Assembly: GCA_023265135.1 (NCBI GenBank)
Contig: JAHFUM010000004.1
Coordinates: 92,422 to 113,295 of the forward strand
Source of the DNA: Nitrosarchaeum sp.
Lineage (GTDB): Archaea > Thermoproteota > Nitrososphaeria > Nitrososphaerales > Nitrosopumilaceae
DNA length: 20,874 nucleotides
Direction: 5' to 3'
Below, piece by piece: positions 8,857 through 16,363 of this stretch; position 1 is the stretch's first letter; every line of letters starts with the position of its first letter. The notes beneath the pieces were generated by a model, which saw only the letters and a program-made list of their open reading frames with translations, did no database searches and was not told the DNA's origin. Both the position numbers and the translations under genes were made by a program.

Positions 8857-9966
8857 TTAGATGTTGTAAGGTAATAAACGGTTATTCTTCTCTAAACAGT
8901 ATTCGGTTAATTTCTGAACCATAATCTTTGCAATTGTAATCTCTTGAATATTTTTTAAACCATCTTTTGTTTTTGCTCCATGCCTAAACTCATATCGTCT
9001 TTCTTGTTGGAATGTTCTTTCCAATTTCTCCAAGAATCTCTTAATCAAAGAATCATTCATTACAACAAATCCGTCTTTGGAATGGACATAATCTTTTAGT
9101 CTAATTTGGCTTTTGTGATCTTTAATGTTCGCCATTTTGTAGACGGTAGAATCCACTAACCACCTAAACGACTCCATAATATCATACACTAGAGGTTGAA
9201 AACCAGTATGAGATTTATGATAAAATCCACAATATGCATCCAAACCAAATCCGTTTACAAACTTGGAAATCTCACCAGCTAGTACAGCATAGCCATAATT
9301 CAATAAAGCATTAATCACATCAGTGGCATTTCTTTTTGTTATTCTGACTACGGAATTACTCCTAGAGTTAAAGCCATATTTTTCTGGGATTAATTTGGCA
9401 AAATTCCTAAAATACACATGAGTAGATGATGCCTCTATTTTGATAGGAGAAATCGAGTAGTTTTCTATCTGTTGTAGATATCCTTCTAACTGAATAATCC
9501 CCTCTTTGACTTCATTTTTTTCAGTCATTTTGAGAAATCTAATTTGCGATTCTAGTTTTGCTTTTACTATTTGATTTTGTAGATAGAGGCGTTTCTCAGG
9601 GTCACGAAATGCATCATATTGAGCCATTCTGTATTTTGTAGCAGTTAGCGATTCCATCATGCCATTCATAAAAGAAACAGGCTTACCATGGGTATCTGTC
9701 AAAATAACATTTCTATTATTCTGATTTAGTAACTTGAGAGCATCAGTAGAGATGTAACCTTTACCAGAAATGACAATTTTCTCATAAGGTAACTGAGTGA
9801 TAAACCAAGATTCAGTTTCAGATTTGCCAGATAGAATATCGACTCCATTTTTTAGATTAATCTTGTTGTCTTTGAGAGAAATGGAGACTCCGTATCCACG
9901 GAGTAGTTTGACGTTATAGTGATTTTTGTGATTTTTTAGAGTCAAAGGATTAACATAGCCAACCAA
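8857..9966 (-). CDS. cas1: Cas1-family integrase (casposase), element A
   Basis: Cas1 core block ATDVINALLNYGYAVLAGEISKFVNGFGLDAYCGFYHKSHTGFQPLVYDIMESFRWLVD carries the conserved His and acidic residues. By eye about two-thirds identical to 11059-12132. The track start is TTG 9966. A TTG at 9945 gives MTLKNHKNHYNV, parallel to the paralog, and forms a TTGA overlap with the upstream stop. Confidence 0.9.
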   Translation of the reverse strand: MVGYVNPLTLKNHKNHYNVKLLRGYGVSISLKDNKINLKNGVDILSGKSETESWFITQLPYEKIVISGKGYISTDALKLLNQNNRNVILTDTHGKPVSFMNGMMESLTATKYRMAQYDAFRDPEKRLYLQNQIVKAKLESQIRFLKMTEKNEVKEGIIQLEGYLQQIENYSISPIKIEASSTHVYFRNFAKLIPEKYGFNSRSNSVVRITKRNATDVINALLNYGYAVLAGEISKFVNGFGLDAYCGFYHKSHTGFQPLVYDIMESFRWLVDSTVYKMANIKDHKSQIRLKDYVHSKDGFVVMNDSLIKRFLEKLERTFQQERRYEFRHGAKTKDGLKNIQEITIAKIMVQKLTEYCLEKNNRLLPYNI

Positions 9967-10415
9967 ATGAAAGGAATAAGACCCACAATAGTTCCCCAGA
10001 AAAAAAGCATGGTAAAAGAAAATGTGTCTTTTCCATCGATTTTATCTTCGATTTTACTTGTTCGTATAATTGTGATAATGTACCATGAAAATAACGCAAT
10101 TACTGTTGGTACAATAATTGCATAAGGATTATTAGGAAATGCCTCTCCTAGAACTTTATACGATACTTCAGCAGGAGTCAATACTAACATTAAAAGCTCT
10201 AATGATTCCATTGTCATTTTTGTACGTTTCTGAATCTTTTGATAATTTTTTATAAAATGAAAAAAAATTCCTACTAACGAAAAAATAATTGCTAAATAAA
10301 GACTTTGTACATCCTCGGAGGCGGAACTAAGTATATCTGAATAGAATTTACTGAAAAGAATTATTGAAATTATTAGAATAATGGCTAAAATGATCTTTGA
10401 TGTTTTTTTATCCAT
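9942..10415 (-). CDS. Small multi-pass membrane protein (about 4 TM), first gene inward from the right terminus of element A
   Basis: 157-aa ORF dominated by hydrophobic stretches (IILAIILIISIILF, LAIIFSLVGIFFHF, IIVPTVIALFSWYIITII, MLFFWGTIVGLIPFIWLAMLIL). Coupled to cas1. Confidence 0.6.
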   Translation of the reverse strand: MDKKTSKIILAIILIISIILFSKFYSDILSSASEDVQSLYLAIIFSLVGIFFHFIKNYQKIQKRTKMTMESLELLMLVLTPAEVSYKVLGEAFPNNPYAIIVPTVIALFSWYIITIIRTSKIEDKIDGKDTFSFTMLFFWGTIVGLIPFIWLAMLIL

Positions 10416-10491
10416 GTGTTATTTTATGAAAAGTTTATCTTATTCTTTACGACAAGCGTCAGATTTCTAGTCACAAATAGGGGGCATTCTA

Positions 10492-10510
10492 TTTTTATTC
10501 TCTGTCAATA
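10492..10510. repeat. Internal copy of the target-site duplication / aEF-2 3'-end fragment (tttttattctctgtcaata)
   Basis: 19/19 identical to 20612-20630. The core attctctgtcaata (14 bp, 10497-10510) is the reverse complement of the aEF-2 codons for I-D-R-E plus the first stop nucleotide. The T-run could belong to either the element termini or the duplication. Confidence 0.9.
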
Positions 10511-10589
10511 AAAAGGGAAATCCCCCCTCTTACGCATGATTTTAGGACACTTACTACGACATAACGAACAGTATGATTTGTTGGAAATT
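10511..10589. repeat. Left terminal inverted repeat of element B
   Basis: aaaagggaaatcccccctcttacgcatgattttaggacacttactacgacataacgaacagtatgatttgttggaaatt is the exact reverse complement of 20537-20615, verified base by base. Weaker similarity continues to about 10603 / 20522 with a 1-nt indel. Confidence 0.95.
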
Positions 10590-10621
10590 AGTTAAATCAT
10601 AATCATCGAGACAAAGACATT

Positions 10622-11047
10622 ATGAAAAAGACAATTGTCAATACTCTCTGTGTGATATTTTTAGCAGTTGGAGTAGTAAGTGTATTTTTGATCCTTTATG
10701 ATTATTTTGAAACCCCACACTTAATGTCCAAAGAACAAGCTCTTGCTCTAGCAATTAAAACAGGCAACTGGAGTGAAAATTTCCTTAAGGATAAAACTTT
10801 AGACATGAAACTGCTACACAAAAAAATCAATCAATTTGCATTCATTGTTGATGAAAAAACTTTAGAAGACATGATGCCGTTCTGTCCGCAAAACAGTCAA
10901 TGCATTGTACCTCAAGATCTAGGCAATGTTCTTGAAGACGAACAATATGTTTGGATAATTACAGTTCAAGGTCAACCACCTACTATTCTATCAGGTCATG
11001 AATGGGGATACATGATAGATGCTGAAAATGGCAAAGTATTACGATAA
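10622..11047 (+). CDS. Membrane-anchored small protein, possibly PepSY-like; first gene inward from the left terminus of element B
   Basis: N-terminal TM/signal anchor is LCVIFLAVGVVSVFLILY. KEQALALAIKTGN ... YVWIITVQG ... WGYMIDAENGKVL resembles the PepSY pattern. cas1 follows 11 nt downstream. Confidence 0.45.
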   Translation: MKKTIVNTLCVIFLAVGVVSVFLILYDYFETPHLMSKEQALALAIKTGNWSENFLKDKTLDMKLLHKKINQFAFIVDEKTLEDMMPFCPQNSQCIVPQDLGNVLEDEQYVWIITVQGQPPTILSGHEWGYMIDAENGKVLR

Positions 11048-11058
11048 TTTGTAATTCC

Positions 11059-12132
11059 ATGACTCTCAAAGGACAAACGAATCATTACAACGTAAAATTC
11101 CTAAAAGGCTATGGTCACTCAATTTCAGTTAAAGATTCAAAGATAATTCTCAAAGACTGTCATGATCCTTTCTCAGAACCAATCATAGAATCATGGTATG
11201 TCAAAAATATGCCCTATGAAAAATTAGTTCTTCAAGGAAAAGGCTACATCTCTACTGAGGCATTATCGTTACTTTCTGAAAATAATCGAAATGTGATTCT
11301 ACTGGATAATCATGGAAAACCTGTTACCTATCTGAATCCAGTAATGGAGTCCTTGACTGCAACTCAATACAGAATGGCACAGTATGACACATTTAGAAAT
11401 CCTGAAAAATGTCGATATCTATCAAGACAAATAGTCAAGGCAAAACTGGAATCGCAAATCAGATTTCTCAAATTAATTCAAAGAGATGAAGTCAAAGAGG
11501 CAATCTCAAAACTAGAATCACACCTTGCTGATCTAAACAGTATCTCTACTCCAATTCAAAACGAGGCAAAAACTACTCACATCTATTTTAGAGCATTTAC
11601 CAGATTAATCCCAGAAAGATACGAATTTCATTCAAGAAACCAATCAAAGATGAAAATATCAAAAAATCAGGCTACCGATGTAATCAATGCTTTGTTAAAC
11701 TATGGCTATGCCGTACTAGCTGGTGAAATATCCAAATTCATCAACGGATTTGGTCTAGACCCTTACTATGGATTTTATCACAAACCTCACACAGGATTTC
11801 AACCCCTAGTGTATGATGTTATAGAGCCTTTCAGGTGGCTAGTTGATTATACCGTATTCAAAATTGCAAACATCAAAGACCATACAAAAAGAATCAGATT
11901 GGATGAATTTGCTCACACCAGAGAGGGGGTAATAGTAATGGAGTATAATCTAATTAGAAAATTCTTGGAATTATTGGAAAGAACGTTTTCTCAAGATAGG
12001 AGATATGAGTTTAGACATGGGGCAAAGACGAAAGATGGTCTGAAGAATGTGCAAGAAATAACTATTGCAAAGATTATGGTTCAGACTCTTGCAGAGTATT
12101 GTTTAGGAGCACAAAAAGAGAACAGAATCTAA
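11059..12132 (+). CDS. cas1: Cas1-family integrase (casposase), element B
   Basis: The block ATDVINALLNYGYAVLAGEISKFINGFGLDPYYGFYHKPHTGFQPLVYDVIEPFRWLVD and the C-terminal RRYEFRHGAKTKDGLKNVQEITIAKIMVQ are shared with 8857-9966. Confidence 0.9.
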   Translation: MTLKGQTNHYNVKFLKGYGHSISVKDSKIILKDCHDPFSEPIIESWYVKNMPYEKLVLQGKGYISTEALSLLSENNRNVILLDNHGKPVTYLNPVMESLTATQYRMAQYDTFRNPEKCRYLSRQIVKAKLESQIRFLKLIQRDEVKEAISKLESHLADLNSISTPIQNEAKTTHIYFRAFTRLIPERYEFHSRNQSKMKISKNQATDVINALLNYGYAVLAGEISKFINGFGLDPYYGFYHKPHTGFQPLVYDVIEPFRWLVDYTVFKIANIKDHTKRIRLDEFAHTREGVIVMEYNLIRKFLELLERTFSQDRRYEFRHGAKTKDGLKNVQEITIAKIMVQTLAEYCLGAQKENRI

Positions 12133-12151
12133 TCAAATGATAATTGAATTA

Positions 12152-12901
12152 TCATTCCCAATCGGTATACAGTTTGTTGATACTAATTTTAAAAATTTCT
12201 GCAAAATTATTTAATTTTTCAAACAAGTTTTTTCGATTATCTATATTACTAATCCAAGTTTTCATAGTATCTCTGCTTGTTTGAAGAGATGTATTTGATA
12301 CTACATCTTTCTCAAAAACAGTTAACACATAAGGCGTCTCTGGCTTATTTTTCTCAACAAATAATTTTTGTAATTCTGATACTTTATTTGGAGTACTAGT
12401 TCCAAACCATTGAAATGAATCTATGATTTCTCTATATGCATCATTGACTTTCTTCTCTTCCTCTGGTGTAGAAAGTAAAATCAAACCTCCATCATTAAGT
12501 ACAAATCGCAATCGTACGCCATAAAAAACCGCAGTAAGATATAGCATCCTAGTTGCCTGATCATCCGTTACAGTATTGTTATCTTTAATTCGTTTTACTG
12601 TGTCTGCAAGGGATAGTGCTGAATTTATCCATGCATTATAATGAGTTTTAATAAATGGGAGTATCAGATCCCATTTCTTGGAGGCGTTCTCACTTCTAGC
12701 CGTATAATATGAGGAGAATTCTTTGTACACCGCAGAAAAGATAGTGCCCAATAAAGTCAAGATTCCGCCTACAATAGTTGCCTTTGAAGCAATATCTGTT
12801 ATCGAATATATCCCAATGAAATAATTTGCAAGAGAAATTGCAAGAAAACTTGCAAAAATTCCACATCCAATAAGAACAGATAACCTTTGTATTCTTTTCA
12901 A
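12152..12901 (-). CDS. Membrane protein (2 N-terminal TM helices + soluble domain), unknown function
   Basis: 249-aa ORF. TM segments are LSVLIGCGIFASFLAISLANYFIGIY and ATIVGGILTLLGTIFSAVY. Confidence 0.55.
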   Translation of the reverse strand: MKRIQRLSVLIGCGIFASFLAISLANYFIGIYSITDIASKATIVGGILTLLGTIFSAVYKEFSSYYTARSENASKKWDLILPFIKTHYNAWINSALSLADTVKRIKDNNTVTDDQATRMLYLTAVFYGVRLRFVLNDGGLILLSTPEEEKKVNDAYREIIDSFQWFGTSTPNKVSELQKLFVEKNKPETPYVLTVFEKDVVSNTSLQTSRDTMKTWISNIDNRKNLFEKLNNFAEIFKISINKLYTDWE

Positions 12902-13057
12902 TTGCTGTTAAATTCAGATTCTACCTAATGTAGTTTTCAGGTTTCTCACAACAACATTTGTGTCAATACTAAATTGAGTATCTAGCACGCAATCTGAATC
13001 TCAAAACTAATGTATTGACCATGATCATTTTATTAACTTCATATTAAAAATAACATT

Positions 13058-13213
13058 ATGACAAAAAAATGTCAGAAATTCTGCGATACAAATAGAAATT
13101 TGTCTCTCCTTGAAATTTCTTTTGCGGATGATGATTTGACAGATTTTTCGTTTAAAGTTTGTAAACGGATCACTCCAAAATTTCTAAAAATTTCATTAAA
13201 GGAGGAGACTTGA
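13058..13213 (+). CDS. Unannotated 51-aa ORF immediately upstream of the PIN gene (antitoxin position)
   Basis: Hand-translated as MTKKCQKFCDTNRNLSLLEISFADDDLTDFSFKVCKRITPKFLKISLKEET. Its stop at 13211-13213 is 1 nt before the PIN ATG (13215). It is below the ORF-track size cut-off and I recognise no homology. Confidence 0.3.
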   Translation: MTKKCQKFCDTNRNLSLLEISFADDDLTDFSFKVCKRITPKFLKISLKEET

Positions 13214-13214
13214 A

Positions 13215-13778
13215 ATGGTAAAAAAGATTACAATTTACTTAGATACAAATATTTTACGTGATGCGATGGCACGTAGAAACAAGGATTCTACATATTGGTT
13301 GAACCGAATAAAAGAAAAAAATTGGACTTGTATAACTTCTGTTTTAGGAATTACCGAATTGATAGATATTGATCAGGATCACTTGTATGTCAACAGACAA
13401 TTATCAAGGCATGTTGATTTTGATCGTATATATCGTGATAAATATCATAGGAACCTTGATGTTTCTGAATTTCAAACAATAAAAGATGCTGTGAGTAATT
13501 TTTTATCCGAATATTCATTTATCAAAGTAGTTTCTTTAGATGATGATGCCTGGAAATTATTTCTGCATATATCGTCAAACTCAAATCTGTTTTCCCCCGA
13601 TGCAATACATTTAGCTGCTGCATGGAGAAACAATGCAGATCTAATAATAACATCAGATGCCCATTTTATTGAAGAGGGAACAAAATTGTTAGAACAAGAA
13701 AAAGTCAAATCAAAGTTAAGAATATGTAATCCTCAACAAGTTCGGAAAACTTTAAAAAAAATGAAGGTATGTGTTTGA
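13215..13778 (+). CDS. PIN-domain nuclease (VapC-like)
   Basis: The four acidic positions typical of PIN are present: IYLDTNIL, GITELIDI, SPDAIHLAAA, IITSDAHF. A GGAGGA motif lies 8-9 nt upstream of the ATG. Confidence 0.75.
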   Translation: MVKKITIYLDTNILRDAMARRNKDSTYWLNRIKEKNWTCITSVLGITELIDIDQDHLYVNRQLSRHVDFDRIYRDKYHRNLDVSEFQTIKDAVSNFLSEYSFIKVVSLDDDAWKLFLHISSNSNLFSPDAIHLAAAWRNNADLIITSDAHFIEEGTKLLEQEKVKSKLRICNPQQVRKTLKKMKVCV

Positions 13779-13779
13779 A

Positions 13780-14601
13780 ATGATCGATAAAAATCCGCCA
13801 TTAAAATGGATAGAAGTAGACAAACTAGAATTGTGGGAGGAGGCAAATGTAAGAAAATCTGATCTTTATACCGATTTTGAAGATTTAAAAAACAACATTA
13901 AGCAAAACGGCATTAAAAATCCTTTACTTGTTTCAGGTAAAACAAAAAATGGAATATATCGTGTTTTTAGTGGTCAAAGAAGATTGCTAGCAGCTACTGA
14001 TGCAGGATTAAAAACAGTACCTTGTTTCATACATGAAAAAATAACATTATCTGAAGCACAATTACTCTCTTTCAGTGAAAATCTATTTCGATTAAAAATG
14101 AACTATAACGATATTGCCGATGCTGCAAAAAAATTTCTCGAGCATTTCAAAAATCGGAAATTAGTTGCAAAAGCGTTAGGAGTTTCTGAAAATACGGTGA
14201 AACGTTATTTGCGATATGAAGATGTCCCAAAAGCAATTAAAGAATTGGTTGGCAAAAAGAAGCTTTCTTCTAAACAAGCGATGGATCTATATTCAAAATT
14301 CCCTGATCAAGATAAATCTATACGAATCGCTAGAGAAATATCCAGAATATCTTCAAGACCTCAAAAAAAGAATCTATACTATGCAGCAAGATATTCCGAA
14401 CCAAAAGATACTGTAGAATCAATTCGTAAAACAGCTAAAAAGATGAGACCTTTTACAAAATATGTTATTGAAATCCCTCCAAAAGAAAATGAGATAATTC
14501 AGAAAATTTCTAAAAAGAAATCACAGAAACCAGAAGACACAATAGTTGAAATATTAGAAACGGCAATAGAAGCATTTGGAAAAGGGGTTATTGATTTATG
14601 A
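13780..14601 (+). CDS. ParB/Srx-like N-terminal domain protein with HTH
   Basis: IEVDKLELWEEANVRK ... GIKNPLLV ... YRVFSGQRRLLAATDAGLKTVPCFI is the ParB N-domain GxRR box. The HTH is LVAKALGVSENTVKRYLRY. ATG 13780 lies 2 nt after the PIN stop; the track start is GTG 13771. Confidence 0.75.
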   Translation: MIDKNPPLKWIEVDKLELWEEANVRKSDLYTDFEDLKNNIKQNGIKNPLLVSGKTKNGIYRVFSGQRRLLAATDAGLKTVPCFIHEKITLSEAQLLSFSENLFRLKMNYNDIADAAKKFLEHFKNRKLVAKALGVSENTVKRYLRYEDVPKAIKELVGKKKLSSKQAMDLYSKFPDQDKSIRIAREISRISSRPQKKNLYYAARYSEPKDTVESIRKTAKKMRPFTKYVIEIPPKENEIIQKISKKKSQKPEDTIVEILETAIEAFGKGVIDL

Positions 14602-15137
14602 ATGAAGAACGAGCAATTGCAATAATGTTTGCAAATCTAAAAGGAGGTAAGAAGAAACCATCTAATTTAATTGAATTTGCTGATGCATGTAGAACATTAC
14701 AAAATAAATGGAAAGGAGGGTTTAAAGAAATGTCTGATTTTTTCAAGGTTTCACAATACATGTTACGTCAAATTGATAAAATTAATGAACTTGATGATGA
14801 AGTAAAAAAATTAGTTAAAGCCCATAAATTAGGAATTGATGCATCATATCAACTTTGGAGAATTGATGCAATAAGAAGAAAAGATGCAATGAAAATCATC
14901 CCGTACTTAACAACTGAAGAAATACGCTCATTTGTAAATTTACTTCATAAATTTCCAAAAAAATCTGTCGCAGAATGTAAAAAAGAATTTGAAAAAAACA
15001 GAGATAAAAATATTCATCTATTAGTAATTCCGCTACAATCTGAAGAATTCAAAGAACTATCGAATATTGCTAAAGAAAAGAAACTGAGTATCCATGATTT
15101 TGTATTAAAAATAATAAAAAATTCTATTAAATCTTAG
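14598..15137 (+). CDS. Helical DNA-binding-like protein (ParB-HTH-like middle, RHH-like C-terminus)
   Basis: ATGA overlap with the ParB-like gene. FKVSQYMLRQIDKINELDDEVKKLVKAHKLGIDASYQL resembles the ParB/KorB HTH-linker region. The C-terminus EEFKELSNIAKEKKLSIHDFVLKIIKNSI resembles a ribbon-helix-helix. Confidence 0.45.
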   Translation: MNEERAIAIMFANLKGGKKKPSNLIEFADACRTLQNKWKGGFKEMSDFFKVSQYMLRQIDKINELDDEVKKLVKAHKLGIDASYQLWRIDAIRRKDAMKIIPYLTTEEIRSFVNLLHKFPKKSVAECKKEFEKNRDKNIHLLVIPLQSEEFKELSNIAKEKKLSIHDFVLKIIKNSIKS

Positions 15138-15907
15138 ATCATACATTCACTACCACAAGGACTATCTACATCCACCATGGGCAATTTCTTTTTCTGTTTC
15201 ATCATTTTATCTATTTCTCTAAGAGAGTATCCCTTTGGAGCAAGTCTCTGTGTTTCAAAGTGTTTACCACTTTCTTCAATTTTCATTGAATATTTGAATA
15301 GGTCGGGATGTTTTTCATGTATTTCAGCCCATCTGTCCATGTTATTGTATGGACAGAAATAACACCCACTCTTTACAGGAATTGGTAATCGTGCTTTTTT
15401 AATTAGATCAATGCAACTCTCACGATTAATTTTGTAATCAATCAATGGGTACAGATTAGTTACATAATCCACTCTTGCAGGCTTCATTCGATGTACTTCA
15501 CCATAATCAATTCCCATGTATTGATATACATGTGAATTTAGTTTACGATAAAACGCATGGATCGGTAAAACTTTGAAGTCTCTAGTACACCATCGCCAAA
15601 CTTGAGATGGAATAACTTTACGGCTCAAACATTTATCTGATAATGATATTTTTTTTCGGTTCTGAACAATTTCAAACGAAATTCCTTTTCTTTTTAGATA
15701 TTTTCTCATTACATCTAGATACTCGTATGTTTCTGGCATTTCATCGCCAGTATCAGAAAATACCACATAATCAAGTGGAAAATCATTTTTTACAAGAAAT
15801 ACGATTAATGCTGTAGAGTTTATTCCGCCACCATAACTTACAATATATTTTGCATTTGTCTGACGTACAATTCCACGCGAATCAAGCATTCTTTCTTGTA
15901 CTAGCAT
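15134..15907 (-). CDS. PAPS-reductase-family PP-loop ATP pyrophosphatase (DndC/IbrA-like)
   Basis: PP-loop is YIVSYGGGINSTALIVFL (SGGxDS-like), followed by VVFSDTGDEMPETYEY. Cys-rich C-terminus has GCYFCPYN and SPCGSECMI. Its stop overlaps the convergent 14598-15137 stop. Confidence 0.8.
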   Translation of the reverse strand: MLVQERMLDSRGIVRQTNAKYIVSYGGGINSTALIVFLVKNDFPLDYVVFSDTGDEMPETYEYLDVMRKYLKRKGISFEIVQNRKKISLSDKCLSRKVIPSQVWRWCTRDFKVLPIHAFYRKLNSHVYQYMGIDYGEVHRMKPARVDYVTNLYPLIDYKINRESCIDLIKKARLPIPVKSGCYFCPYNNMDRWAEIHEKHPDLFKYSMKIEESGKHFETQRLAPKGYSLREIDKMMKQKKKLPMVDVDSPCGSECMI

Positions 15908-15909
15908 TA

Positions 15910-16014
15910 TCCTGCATTCTCCTGCATTCTAATAGATCTCATAGTAAAATTTTCCTGCATTTCAGGTAAAACTTTCCTGTGTTGATTAAAAATTCTTCCT
16001 GCATAATCCTGCAT
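15910..16014. promoter_or_regulatory. Array of five perfect TCCTGCAT boxes (plus one degenerate) directly upstream of the PAPS-reductase-like gene
   Basis: Boxes at 15910-15917, 15920-15927, 15953-15960, 15997-16004 and 16007-16014; degenerate tcctgtgt at 15975-15982. Two pairs have exact 10-bp spacing. Confidence 0.55.
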
Positions 16015-16363
16015 AAGCCTAAATCAAAAAATTTGCTGATTTACACGAAAGTTAACCAATCCGGCATATCATGTCAATTTTGTTTGGTTTAATTGCAAAA
16101 ACAAGAGTTCTTTGATGCCATGATAAAACAACATTCAAAATATCTACGCCTAGAAAATACTCCGGTTAAAATCAAGAAAATTTTTTCATGTTTTTGTTTT
16201 ACAATACAATCACACTCCACCAACATTTTTTCCATAAAAAATAAATAATCCACATGATGTTCATAAATTTTTTACAGATAAACGAATCATCTAATAACGA
16301 ATATGATAAAATGTATTTTTGATTTTTAAATATTTTTAGTGCTATAAAACTTTCATCATATTT

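Larger units (their letters stand above)
1..10496. mobile_element. Casposon-like element A (Cas1 + pPolB), partial: right terminus at about 10496, left terminus not identified in window
   Basis: Contains pPolB (1758-3632) and Cas1 (8857-9966). The right end ...agggggcattctattttt abuts the internal copy of the aEF-2-derived direct repeat (10497-10510) and resembles the terminus of element B (ggggggatttcccttttt). No matching C5/G5-containing inverted copy occurs in 1-343. Confidence 0.7.

Noticed and set aside
13472-13708. 78-aa ORF antisense within the PIN gene
   Set aside because: It is nested antisense to an ORF with clear PIN motifs.
14216-14416. 66-aa alternative-frame ORF inside the ParB-like gene
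   Set aside because: It is same-strand and out of frame inside a longer ORF with recognisable ParB/HTH motifs.
15177-15362. 61-aa ORF antisense within the PAPS-reductase-like gene
   Set aside because: It is nested antisense to a motif-supported gene.
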